Assembly (NCBI GenBank): GCA_963770835.1
Contig: CAVYRH010000003.1
Span: 160,001-224,000, forward strand
Length of the DNA: 64,000 nt
From: an uncultured Pseudomonadota bacterium
GTDB lineage: Bacteria > Oederibacteriota > Muellerivitia > Muellerivitales > Muellerivitaceae
Reading direction: 5' to 3'
Below are positions 43,419 to 52,353 of this stretch, in pieces. The stretch's first letter is position 1; every line of letters starts with the position of its first letter. The notes below the pieces were generated by a model, which saw nothing but the letters and a program-made list of their open reading frames with translations, was not told the DNA's origin and ran no database searches. The translations under genes were made by a program, and so were the position numbers.

Positions 43419-44615
43419 TTGATCGCAGAACCTAGAAATTCTCACAATATTAATTTGGATTTTCTGCGGGGAACCGCAGCGTTGTTTGTGTTATTCGAAC
43501 ATCTTTCAAAGTTCCATTTAATCGCTAGTAATCAAATACAGAGCAAATCTTTTATAGCTTCCTTGTTTTATTTGTTCAGAAATTCGGGTGGAGACGCAGT
43601 TTTAGTATTTTTTGTTTTAAGTGGGTTTCTTGTAGGTGGATCTGTCGTAGAAACAGTATCGAAAAACGAATGGTCTTGGATTCATTATGCAATAAATAGA
43701 TTGTCGCGTCTTTGGACTGTACTAATACCAGCATTGTTCTTCACTTTTTTTTGGGATTCATTAGGTAAATTTTTCAATGGTTCTGGTTATACGGGAGCTT
43801 TTTTTAAAGACTTAGGAAGTGGCCCGACCCCGCTAAGCCTTGGAAATCTTAAGGCTTCCTCGTTTTTTGAAAATATTATTTTCCTTCAAACAATCAGTTG
43901 TCCCCCTTATGGATCAAATGGACCTCTTTGGAGTTTGGCCAACGAGTTTTGGTATTATTTACTTTTCCCACTTTTAATTCTAGTGATTCAAGTCAATGAA
44001 AAAACTAAAAATAAGATTTTGTATTCTATTATTTTCCTTTTATTGATATTTATTTTACCCAAGCGAATGTTGTTACTCGGTAGTGTTTGGTTGTTTGGAT
44101 TTGTAGCTTATTGGTGTTCAAAATCAAAAATAGCAGGCAGGGTAGTTACCAGTTTTACTTTTTTTATATTTTCGGCAATTTTGTTTATTCTTGTATTTTT
44201 TTTAACCAGTGATTTATTTAATTATCCATTTTACTTAGAAAAGATATTGAAATATGGCTCTTTGCCCTCGGACGGTCTTATAGGACTGACATTTGCAGGA
44301 ACTATTCCATTTTTAGCCACTCACGATCTTGAATTTAAAATATACAAAAATATTTCTAAATGGTTGTCTAATATTTCGTATTCTTTGTACCTGTTTCATT
44401 TTCCTTATTTGGCTTTTTTTTATTTTTGTTTTGTTTTACCACCCGCCCTACAGCCCTCGGTATTAAATCTTTTTTATTTTTGCCTAATGTATTTAGGGGC
44501 TATCGTGTATTCAGCGTTGATGTGGTATTTATTTGAAAGGCATACAAACAAAATCAAAAAATACGCTGAAAAAATTCTCTTGCGAAGACCTCAAGTCGCT
44601 TCGGGCAGAAATTAG
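43419..44615 (+). CDS. Acyltransferase family 3 (O-acyltransferase)
   Basis: LDFLRG.AA..V..EH, VFFVLSGFL, R..RL, WSLANEFWYY, ISYSLYLFHFP, FER. Confidence 0.88.
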   Translation: MIAEPRNSHNINLDFLRGTAALFVLFEHLSKFHLIASNQIQSKSFIASLFYLFRNSGGDAVLVFFVLSGFLVGGSVVETVSKNEWSWIHYAINRLSRLWTVLIPALFFTFFWDSLGKFFNGSGYTGAFFKDLGSGPTPLSLGNLKASSFFENIIFLQTISCPPYGSNGPLWSLANEFWYYLLFPLLILVIQVNEKTKNKILYSIIFLLLIFILPKRMLLLGSVWLFGFVAYWCSKSKIAGRVVTSFTFFIFSAILFILVFFLTSDLFNYPFYLEKILKYGSLPSDGLIGLTFAGTIPFLATHDLEFKIYKNISKWLSNISYSLYLFHFPYLAFFYFCFVLPPALQPSVLNLFYFCLMYLGAIVYSALMWYLFERHTNKIKKYAEKILLRRPQVASGRN

Positions 44616-44650
44616 AGTTATGAGAAGAAAAGAAAACAAAAATTCTATCG

Positions 44651-46126
44651 ATGAAAAATATGATTTTTAAAAATAAATTTCCAAGGACAAAAAACCGAAT
44701 TCGAAATGGTGATTTTGTAGAAATAAAAAATCGTAAAACTTCAAATAAAATATATCTACTTCTGTTAATAATATTTTTTGTTGGTTTTTTTATTCCAGAA
44801 ATGCAAAGTGTTTATTTCATCCTTGGATCCTGCATCAACTTAATTATCTTATTCATTTTAAGAAAGGAAATTTGCAGCCGAAATACGAATTATCTTCCGA
44901 TTTGGTTGATGATGCTTTTATTTGTTTTGGGGTATGTCCTTAAAACTTACCTTTGGTTTTTGCTTCCGCAAGAAATTGGTTCGCACATTTATGATTTTCC
45001 GGGAAATATCTATGCCACCGACACGGATTTAGTGGGGAGGTCTTATTTAATTTCATGCATTGGGTTTTTATTATTTTTTATCGTTTCAAAGATTTTAATA
45101 TTTAAAAAAAGCATCAAATTTACTGTGACCTCTTTTGAACCGAATGTTGGATTTATAAAGCTGGTTTTGAGTTTGATTTTGTTGATGTCAATCGTTACTG
45201 GTTATTTTCAGTATAAGTATCAAATCGGTATATTTGGCCATGATCCTGTAAAGTTGCCATTTAAACTTTCAGGCATTATTTATGAATCGAGAAATTTTCT
45301 GATTCCTTATTTACTTTTAGTATTAATTCATATTCTTCAAAGGCATAAAAATAAAAAATTTCTATATTTTTCAATTGCCCTTTTAATTGTTCATGCAATT
45401 TCTCAATCTTTTTTAATAACAAGTCGGGGAATAGTTTTGCTAATTTTGATACCTGTTTTCATGCTTTATATATTAAATGAAAACTTAAATAAAAAAGCCC
45501 TTTTAGCTTTTGGAATTATCCCAATAGTTTTTGTCATTGCAACTTATACAACTATTTCAGAAATTCGTTCTCTCCGAAGCACTAATGGCGCTTTTGATAT
45601 GACTTACTTTATAAACACATATCAAGAGTCTACACAAGAAGCTTTTGAATTAGGCTCTGAATTAGCTCTAGGAAGAGTAATTGGGATTAACGGTACAATT
45701 TGTTCCGTTAAAAACGTTGAACAACCTATCCCTCTTGGCGAATTGTTACGTATGTTTTTTGATCCCGAAAATTCCTTTTCCGACTATTACACGCATGAAA
45801 TATTGGGAATATTTTCAGAAAATCATCATTCTTCTCCCGGATTAATAGGTCAAATGTACGTAATAGGACTAATTCCGGGAGTGATTATTGGAATGATCAT
45901 TTGGGCCATATTATGGGTTATTTTATGGAATTATTATTTTACTAAAGAAAAATTTACAAGATTACCTCTTCTTTCGATGGTTGCATATTTCTTGTTTTTG
46001 TATTCTCACGAAGGGGACATTGGTTCGTTGTTTAAAATATTCATTTGGTTAATAATTTTTAATTTTGTTGGCGAATATTTGTTTAAAAAAAGTGTTTTGA
46101 TATCAAGAAAAAATGCTTCAACATGA
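44651..46126 (+). CDS. Putative Wzy polysaccharide polymerase
   Basis: Very AT-rich, >10 TM segments, SRG motif, position in a Wzx cluster. Confidence 0.6.
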   Translation: MKNMIFKNKFPRTKNRIRNGDFVEIKNRKTSNKIYLLLLIIFFVGFFIPEMQSVYFILGSCINLIILFILRKEICSRNTNYLPIWLMMLLFVLGYVLKTYLWFLLPQEIGSHIYDFPGNIYATDTDLVGRSYLISCIGFLLFFIVSKILIFKKSIKFTVTSFEPNVGFIKLVLSLILLMSIVTGYFQYKYQIGIFGHDPVKLPFKLSGIIYESRNFLIPYLLLVLIHILQRHKNKKFLYFSIALLIVHAISQSFLITSRGIVLLILIPVFMLYILNENLNKKALLAFGIIPIVFVIATYTTISEIRSLRSTNGAFDMTYFINTYQESTQEAFELGSELALGRVIGINGTICSVKNVEQPIPLGELLRMFFDPENSFSDYYTHEILGIFSENHHSSPGLIGQMYVIGLIPGVIIGMIIWAILWVILWNYYFTKEKFTRLPLLSMVAYFLFLYSHEGDIGSLFKIFIWLIIFNFVGEYLFKKSVLISRKNAST

Positions 46127-47259
46127 AAAAGGTAGAATTGGATGTGGAAAAGATCCTGATTTTTAGAATTGGATTTTTGGGTGATACACTTGTTTCGCTT
46201 CCAGCAATATCTGTTATTAGAGAAAAGTTTCCAGATGCAGGGTTATTTCTCTTAAGCCAACGGGTAATCAATGATAAGCGAGTGATTGGAAATGAAATAT
46301 TTGATGGTTCGGGCATTTTTGAAGATTACATTGGTTATCCGGTAGACCATCGTTTTATTGGGAAGTTTCTCCTACCTTTTTATTTCCTGAAACTCTCAAT
46401 TCAATTAAAAAAAAGTAATTTTGACAAGTTGGTTTATTTATCTCCTTCCCGACGCACTAAATATCAAATTGTGAGAGATCGGTTTTTCTTCAATTTGGTG
46501 GGAATTAAAGAATTCATTGGAATGGAGGGGTTTCAGCAAATTCTAAAGAAAGTTCCTGGTAAGTCTTTGCCAGAGGGTTGGCATGAGGCTGACCTGCTTC
46601 TAGACCGTCTTCGGGCTTCCGGATTTAATGTTCCCCCGCGCCTTTCGGGAAAGATGGATTTGAACCTGAATGAAAATGAAGAAGAAAGATTACAGAAGAT
46701 TCTGTCACAATTTCCTGGAACTAATGACCGTAGATGGTTGGGGATTGGCCCTGGAGGCAAAAAACAGGTTAGTATTTGGCCAAGTGAGCGCTATTTGGAA
46801 ACCGTCAGGAAATTGATTGAAAAATACAAAGTTTGGCCGGTCATCTTCGGTGGCGAGGATGATAGGGAAATAGGCGAGGAACTTGTGAAAGCCTGGGGCT
46901 GTGGTTATAACCTGGCCGGAGTTTTGCCGGTACGATTGTCGGCATTGGCTTTGCGTCGCTGCCAACTTTATCTAGGTAATGACACTGGGACGATTCATCT
47001 TGCTGCGTTGGCGAAGGTGCCATGTGTTGGAATTTATTCCTCGCATGAATATCCAGGCCGGTGGTACCCCTATGGTGTGGGGCATAAAGTTTTCAGGACT
47101 CCGATTGAATGCGAGGGGTGCGGCCTTTTTGAGTGCATTGAAAAGAAAAAAGAGTGCATCTTGTCCATCCGTGTTGAAGAGGTCTTAAAAGCCTGTGAAG
47201 TTGTCTTAGATCAAATCCAAAAGATTGAAAAAGCGGGCCCTTCGAAAAATGACGAATAA
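46123..47259 (+). CDS. Glycosyltransferase family 9 (heptosyltransferase-like)
   Basis: RIGFLGDTLV, WP.ERY, LYLGNDTGTIHLAA, Cys-rich end. Confidence 0.88.
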   Translation: MKKVELDVEKILIFRIGFLGDTLVSLPAISVIREKFPDAGLFLLSQRVINDKRVIGNEIFDGSGIFEDYIGYPVDHRFIGKFLLPFYFLKLSIQLKKSNFDKLVYLSPSRRTKYQIVRDRFFFNLVGIKEFIGMEGFQQILKKVPGKSLPEGWHEADLLLDRLRASGFNVPPRLSGKMDLNLNENEEERLQKILSQFPGTNDRRWLGIGPGGKKQVSIWPSERYLETVRKLIEKYKVWPVIFGGEDDREIGEELVKAWGCGYNLAGVLPVRLSALALRRCQLYLGNDTGTIHLAALAKVPCVGIYSSHEYPGRWYPYGVGHKVFRTPIECEGCGLFECIEKKKECILSIRVEEVLKACEVVLDQIQKIEKAGPSKNDE

Positions 47260-49483
47260 AAAAGTATCAAACAGATTTGAGAAGTTACTGAAGAATGCGC
47301 TCACAGGTGCCATCGCCCTTTTACAACCTCTTTATTTCTTGAGGCTATTTGTTCAAGCGGTATTAGATGCTTGTTTTTTTTCGTTTGTAAGAAGTTTTTA
47401 TAAACCGCGGAGGAGTCAAGGAGAAGCAATCAAGCATATTTTGGTAGTAAAGCCAGACCGTATTGGAGATGTGATCCTGGCTTTTCCTTTTTTGCGCGAA
47501 CTCAAAAAGACCTTCCCTCAGGCCAAAGTGACCCTAGTCGTTCGAGATCAAGTTGCGAACCTAGTGGAAAACTGCCCTTTTGTGGACGAAGTTCTCACTT
47601 ATACCAATGACCGTCATTGGGGCTTTCATTTTTTTCGGGGTATGAGAAAGGCCTTTACCTTTTCTAGAAAATATTTTTCAGGCCGGATTTACGATCTCGC
47701 AATTTTTCCCCGGTGGGGAATTGATTATTACTATGCGGGTCTCCTTGTGTTTTTGAGTGGGGCCCCCCGGCGAATTGGCTATTCCAATAAAGTGTTTATA
47801 GAAAAGGAAAGAGCCAATTTTGGGTTTGACCAGCTTTTTACAGAATGTTTATCGGGAGGAAAAGGGAAACATGAAATTGAATGCAATTTGGAAATTGTTC
47901 GTTATTTGGGCGGAAAACCAACAAGTGAAAACGTTGAATTTTGGTTTGGCGAAAATGATTTATTAAATACGGAAAAAATTATTGAACAAGGCGGGATGGA
48001 ACCAAAAGGAAAATTTATTGCCATCGGCATTGGGGCCAAACAAAAAAGGAAACAATGGCCTATTCAAAGATATTCCGAAATTATTAAATGGCTTCAAAAA
48101 GTATTTGACGCCGATGTTTTGATATTGGGTGGTCCTGAAGATCATGCTGATGGAGACCGATTAAATCAACAAAATGGGAAAAGAGTAATTAATCTGGCCG
48201 GGGCACTTAGCTTGCGTCAAACCGGAGCCGCTCTTTCGAAGTGCGATTTTTTTATTGGAAATGATTCCGGCCCCAAACACCTTGCGGCAATTTGCGGCTG
48301 TCCAACCATTGAAATTTCCTGGCATCCCCAAGAAGGTGATCCTGAAGAATCGAATTCGCCAGTGCGGTTTTCGGCTTGGAGTGCGAACACTGAAATTTTG
48401 CGCCCTAAGCGTCAAGGCCCTTTTTGTAAGAGAAAATGTATTGCCTATTTTCCGCATTGTATTTGCGGAATTGGGGTTGGAGAAGTCAAAAAAGCCGTGC
48501 TTGAATTGGCTAAAATCAGGGGCATTCAACACAAAGATAATCCGGAGGAGTTAAAAGAACCAATTCCAAATTTTTTTATTATTGGGGCGCCCCGCTCGGG
48601 CACGACTTCCTTGAGCACCTACCTGAGGAGTCACCCCAACGTATTTCTAAGCGCGTTGAAAGAACCGTCTTTTTTTGACTTTGATCTTGCACCCAAAGCC
48701 AAGATAAGCCGGGACGATTATTTGGGATTATTCATGAAGGCAGATCCGAAAGTTAATTTGGCCATCGGGGAAGCCTCACCCACTTATTTATTCTCAGAGT
48801 GCGCGGTGTCTGAGATTTTGAAGTTCAACCCTAAGGCTAAATTCATAGCCATATTGCGCAACCCGGTGGACCTTATTCAATCCATCCATAGTCATGAGGT
48901 CTTCTGGGGGGAAGAAAATATTAGGGATTTTGAGAAAGCCTGGCGGGCCGAAGCCGAGCGCAGGGAAGGAAAAAACATCCCCTATTCCTGCCGTGAGCCC
49001 AAATGGCTGATGTATTCGCAATGGGGGAAGTTCGGAGACCAAATTGAGAAACTCTATTCTCATGCTACGAAAGACAAAATTAAAATCATCATTTTCGATG
49101 AGTTTGTTGCCAATCCCAAAGCGACCTATGAGGGACTTTTGACTTTCCTAGGAGTGCCATCGGACGGGCGTAATGAGTTCCCCAAGGTCAATGAAGGCCG
49201 GAATATACGATGGATATGGCCTCAGCAGATTTATTCGTTGTTCGTTTCTATGGCCTGGATTCTCCGATCCAAATTCGGGCTGGCCATGAAAAGTTATGGC
49301 ATATCCACGAAAATATTGTCTCTCAACGTCGATCCATTGAATAAAGGTTTTGTTTCCAAGGATTTTCGGGAGGAACTCAACCGGTTTTTTTACGATGATG
49401 TGATGAAGCTCTCGAAGCTTTTGGGGCGCGACCTGTCTTATTGGGTTAATGCCGAACAACCGAAGCCAAGCCTTAAGCATTAA
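47249..49483 (+). CDS. GT9 glycosyltransferase fused to a C-terminal sulfotransferase
   Basis: DRIGDVIL and FIGNDSGPKHLAA, then PNFFIIGAPRSGTTSL (5'-PSB), KEP.FF, GEASPTY, ILRNPV. Confidence 0.85.
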   Translation: MTNKKVSNRFEKLLKNALTGAIALLQPLYFLRLFVQAVLDACFFSFVRSFYKPRRSQGEAIKHILVVKPDRIGDVILAFPFLRELKKTFPQAKVTLVVRDQVANLVENCPFVDEVLTYTNDRHWGFHFFRGMRKAFTFSRKYFSGRIYDLAIFPRWGIDYYYAGLLVFLSGAPRRIGYSNKVFIEKERANFGFDQLFTECLSGGKGKHEIECNLEIVRYLGGKPTSENVEFWFGENDLLNTEKIIEQGGMEPKGKFIAIGIGAKQKRKQWPIQRYSEIIKWLQKVFDADVLILGGPEDHADGDRLNQQNGKRVINLAGALSLRQTGAALSKCDFFIGNDSGPKHLAAICGCPTIEISWHPQEGDPEESNSPVRFSAWSANTEILRPKRQGPFCKRKCIAYFPHCICGIGVGEVKKAVLELAKIRGIQHKDNPEELKEPIPNFFIIGAPRSGTTSLSTYLRSHPNVFLSALKEPSFFDFDLAPKAKISRDDYLGLFMKADPKVNLAIGEASPTYLFSECAVSEILKFNPKAKFIAILRNPVDLIQSIHSHEVFWGEENIRDFEKAWRAEAERREGKNIPYSCREPKWLMYSQWGKFGDQIEKLYSHATKDKIKIIIFDEFVANPKATYEGLLTFLGVPSDGRNEFPKVNEGRNIRWIWPQQIYSLFVSMAWILRSKFGLAMKSYGISTKILSLNVDPLNKGFVSKDFREELNRFFYDDVMKLSKLLGRDLSYWVNAEQPKPSLKH

Positions 49484-49662
49484 TCCCGCGTCGTCCTAAA
49501 CTTTCGTAACAAAACACAGGCATTTTTTGTATTCAGCATGGTAATCCCGGCGTCCTCCCGGCTTAATAAACCCTAGTTAAACTTACTATTTAAGTACGCA
49601 TTTGAACGTCGGAAAATTACAATGCTGCGGATTGTTAAACCTCCGGGGGACCAAAATATCCA

Positions 49663-51210
49663 TTGAACCCAAAATTGCTGGTCCTCTATCAATATTACTC
49701 ACCCGATGATGTTGTCAGTGCGGTTCATTTCACTGATTTGTGTGAGGGACTTTCCAAGAGTGGTTTTGCCGAACCCAATCTTGGTGCCTCCGCAAGCTCC
49801 GGCACCTCGGTTCGGCACACACAAAGCCCTCTCCTCGGCTTGAGGGTCTCGGAGAAGTGGGAAGTCGAGGTCTGGCCCAGCAACCGGGCCTGCCACGATC
49901 TAAAAGCCACCTATACCACCAAGCCGGAAACGGTGAACGGAGTGACCATCCGCCGGGTTTGGAGGCCGCCTTTCTCCCAGCATTCCTTCCTGGGCCGGAT
50001 CCTCAATTCCATCTGGATGCTGAAACGCTGGTGGTGGCGGCTTCTTTTATCACCCTCCATCCAACCGGACGTGATCCTGACGGGCACCGACCCGCTGTTT
50101 ACCATAATCCTCATCCCTTTCCTGAAAATGATCCGCCCCAAGGCCAAGATCGTCCACTGGTGCTTCGACCTCTATCCCGAGGCCGCCATCGCCGACGGCA
50201 TGCTGAAGGAAAACGGCCCCGTGGTGAAGCTCGCGAGGCCTTTCCTGGAAAAAGGCTACGCGAAATGCGATTTGGTGGCCGACCTGGGGCCTTGCATGAG
50301 GGAAAAGTTAAAAAAATATGGAATTGAAACACCTAAGGCTGAAGCACCCTCACCCCAACCCTCTCCCCTTAAGGGAGAGGGGGGAGCCGATTCAACCGAA
50401 TACCAAAAGGCCTCCCCGCTGCATCTTCTCGGTGAAAAACGAGTTGTGACCCTGACTCCCTGGGCCTTGGAGGAACCCTCTGCTCCTCTGCCAATCGACC
50501 TGGTAGAAAGGGAAGCCCTTTTTGGGGCCGAGCCCATGGGTGATGCCTCCGCAAGCTCCGGCATCTCGGCTCGGCCCACCTCACCCATCGGGCTTACGCC
50601 CGAGGGCGACAAAAATCGTCGGAGCTCGCCCCGAGGCTCGAGGGCCTCGGGGCAGGGGAAATTTCAATTAGCCCTGCTTTATTCCGGCAACCTGGGCCGG
50701 GCCCACGACTTTTACCTCAATTTGAAGCTGGCCCAACGGATGCGCGATTCCGCGGGGTTCACCTACAGCGTGCGGGGCAGCCGGGTGGACGCCTTGAAGC
50801 TGGCGGTGAACCCGGAATATACCAATATCCGTTTCGCGCCCTTCGCCCCGCCGGAGCGCCTGGCCGCGCGGCTGGCCGCGCCCGACGTGCACGTGGTGAG
50901 CCTTCGCCCCGAGTGGACGGGCACGGTGGTGCCCTCCAAATTCTTCGGGGCCCTGGCCGTGGGCCGGCCCGTGCTTTTCGAGGGCGACGAGCATTCCTCC
51001 ATCGCCCTCTGGATCAAGGAATATGGGGTGGGCTGGGTTTTGGGCGTCAGGAACATGGAGGATGTCGCGGAGGAACTGGAGAAGTTCTCCAAGGACGCCA
51101 AGAAGAAGGCGGAGATGTTCAAGCGGTGCCATCAAACCTACCAGGCCCATTTCTCAAAGGCCACGATTCTTTCCAAATGGGAGGCTGAATTGAGGGCATT
51201 GCTGCCCTGA
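49663..51210 (+). CDS. Glycosyltransferase family 4 (WbuB/WcaI-like) with three in-frame repeat insertions
   Basis: QYYSPD, DLYPE, LYSGNLGRAH, VPSKFFGALAVGRPV. Confidence 0.85.
   Translation: MNPKLLVLYQYYSPDDVVSAVHFTDLCEGLSKSGFAEPNLGASASSGTSVRHTQSPLLGLRVSEKWEVEVWPSNRACHDLKATYTTKPETVNGVTIRRVWRPPFSQHSFLGRILNSIWMLKRWWWRLLLSPSIQPDVILTGTDPLFTIILIPFLKMIRPKAKIVHWCFDLYPEAAIADGMLKENGPVVKLARPFLEKGYAKCDLVADLGPCMREKLKKYGIETPKAEAPSPQPSPLKGEGGADSTEYQKASPLHLLGEKRVVTLTPWALEEPSAPLPIDLVEREALFGAEPMGDASASSGISARPTSPIGLTPEGDKNRRSSPRGSRASGQGKFQLALLYSGNLGRAHDFYLNLKLAQRMRDSAGFTYSVRGSRVDALKLAVNPEYTNIRFAPFAPPERLAARLAAPDVHVVSLRPEWTGTVVPSKFFGALAVGRPVLFEGDEHSSIALWIKEYGVGWVLGVRNMEDVAEELEKFSKDAKKKAEMFKRCHQTYQAHFSKATILSKWEAELRALLP
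49768..49853. repeat. In-frame palindromic insertion 1 in the GT4
   Basis: gccgaacc..ggtgcc-tccgcaagctcc-ggcacc-tc-ggttcggc, then cctcggcttgagggtctcgg. Confidence 0.8.
50345..50382. repeat. In-frame REP-like unit in the GT4 (PSPQPSPLKGEG)
   Basis: caccctcaccccaaccctctccccttaagggagaggg. Confidence 0.8.
50527..50653. repeat. In-frame palindromic insertion 3 in the GT4
   Basis: gccgagcc..gatgcc-tccgcaagctcc-ggcatc-tc-ggctcggc plus hairpins tcgggc-ttac-gcccga and gccccgaggc..gcctcggggc. Confidence 0.8.
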
Positions 51211-51291
51211 TCCAGCTTGTGTCCATAGTGGCCTTCGGGCCTGGCACACCCAAACCGCGTGTCTCGCCTTGTGGGCTCGACACAGGGGTAC

Positions 51292-51360
51292 CAAGCCCAT
51301 TTTTCAAGAGCCGCTGTGATCTCCCATTGGGATGAAGAACTTCGAGCCCTCTTGTCTTAA
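51292..51360 (+). pseudogene. Alternative GT4 C-terminus, copy 2
   Basis: QAHFSRAAVISHWDEELRALLS* versus QAHFSKATILSKWEAELRALLP* at 51142-51210. Confidence 0.85.
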
Positions 51361-51527
51361 TAACACGCGGGGACTAGCTGCGGCTCCCGGGCTTGGTACA
51401 CCCAAGGCTCGCGCCTCGGCTTGCATTCGTCCCTGCTGGGACGATTGCGACCAATTCTTGCACCTCGCCTTGTGGGCTCGGTGCAGGACGGGCTACTACC
51501 GCTCTTCGAGGCTACGGCGCAGGGGAC

Positions 51528-51596
51528 CAGGCTCATTTCTCCAAAAAAATCGTCCTCGACGCCTGGGACCGGGAACTGCGATCCCTCCTGGCTTAA
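51528..51596 (+). pseudogene. Alternative GT4 C-terminus, copy 3
   Basis: QAHFSKKIVLDAWDRELRSLLA*, same 69-nt length. Confidence 0.85.
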
Positions 51597-51601
51597 TCCA
51601 A

Positions 51602-51633
51602 TTGTTCCCAAAATGGTAACATTAGGGTAGAAT
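51602..51633 (+). promoter_or_regulatory. higBA promoter with imperfect palindromic operator
   Basis: TGTTCCC-aaaat-GGTAACA followed by TAGAAT. Confidence 0.55.
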
Positions 51634-51639
51634 CCAACC

Positions 51640-51939
51640 ATGAGGGTCATCAGCCTGAGGGGCTTAAAAAAATTCTGGGAAAGTCCTGAGGGCAAGGAAT
51701 CGGAAAGCCCTTTGCGGGTATGGATCAAGGAAGCCCGGGGGGCCCATTGGAAAGGGCCGCACGACGTTAAGGCCCAATATCGAACAGCTAGCATCTTAAA
51801 AAGTGGCCGGGTTGTATTTAATGTTGGTGGGAATAAATTCAGGTTGGTGACGGTTGTGTTTTACGACGTTCAAATCGTGTTTATCCGATTTATAGGAACG
51901 CACACCCAATACGATCAAATAGACGCGCAGGAGGTTTGA
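51640..51939 (+). CDS. higB: HigB-family mRNase toxin
   Basis: MRVIS, W..P.DVK, RVVFNVGGNKFRL, IRFIGTH.QYD. Confidence 0.92.
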   Translation: MRVISLRGLKKFWESPEGKESESPLRVWIKEARGAHWKGPHDVKAQYRTASILKSGRVVFNVGGNKFRLVTVVFYDVQIVFIRFIGTHTQYDQIDAQEV

Positions 51940-51942
51940 GAA

Positions 51943-52314
51943 ATGAAGCCCAAAGTCCTTAAAACCGAAAAAGATTACGACAGGGCGCTTCGATATATCG
52001 AGGGCCTCATGAAGATTCCCAAAAGCTCCTCCCGAAACGAAGAGTTGGATTTATGGGCGACCCTTGTGGAGGCTTACGAAAAAACACATTACCCGATTGA
52101 CGATCCTGATCCTATTGAAGCTATCAAGTTTCGGATGGACCAAATGGGGTTAAAACCCGCCGATTTAGCCAAACTTTTGGGGGGGAGGAGCCGGGTTTCC
52201 GAGGTGTTGAACCGAAAGCGTCCCCTTTCCGTTTCCATGATGCGGAGTCTTTACAAAGACCTTCACGTTCCGGCTGAATCGCTCTTGGCCGAACCTTCGC
52301 CCAAGTATCGTTAA
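51943..52314 (+). CDS. higA: HigA-family HTH antitoxin
   Basis: LVEAYEK.HYPI..PDPIEAIKFRMDQ.GL, SRVSEVLNRKRPLS. Confidence 0.92.
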   Translation: MKPKVLKTEKDYDRALRYIEGLMKIPKSSSRNEELDLWATLVEAYEKTHYPIDDPDPIEAIKFRMDQMGLKPADLAKLLGGRSRVSEVLNRKRPLSVSMMRSLYKDLHVPAESLLAEPSPKYR

Positions 52315-52353
52315 TCCAACGTTAGATCGTACTAGTTCAGGGAAGGGACTGGA

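Noticed and set aside
51332..51619. ORF-track ORFs between the GT4 and higB as genes or a transposase remnant
   Set aside because: Made of palindromic elements plus duplicated GT4 ends; no transposase motifs.
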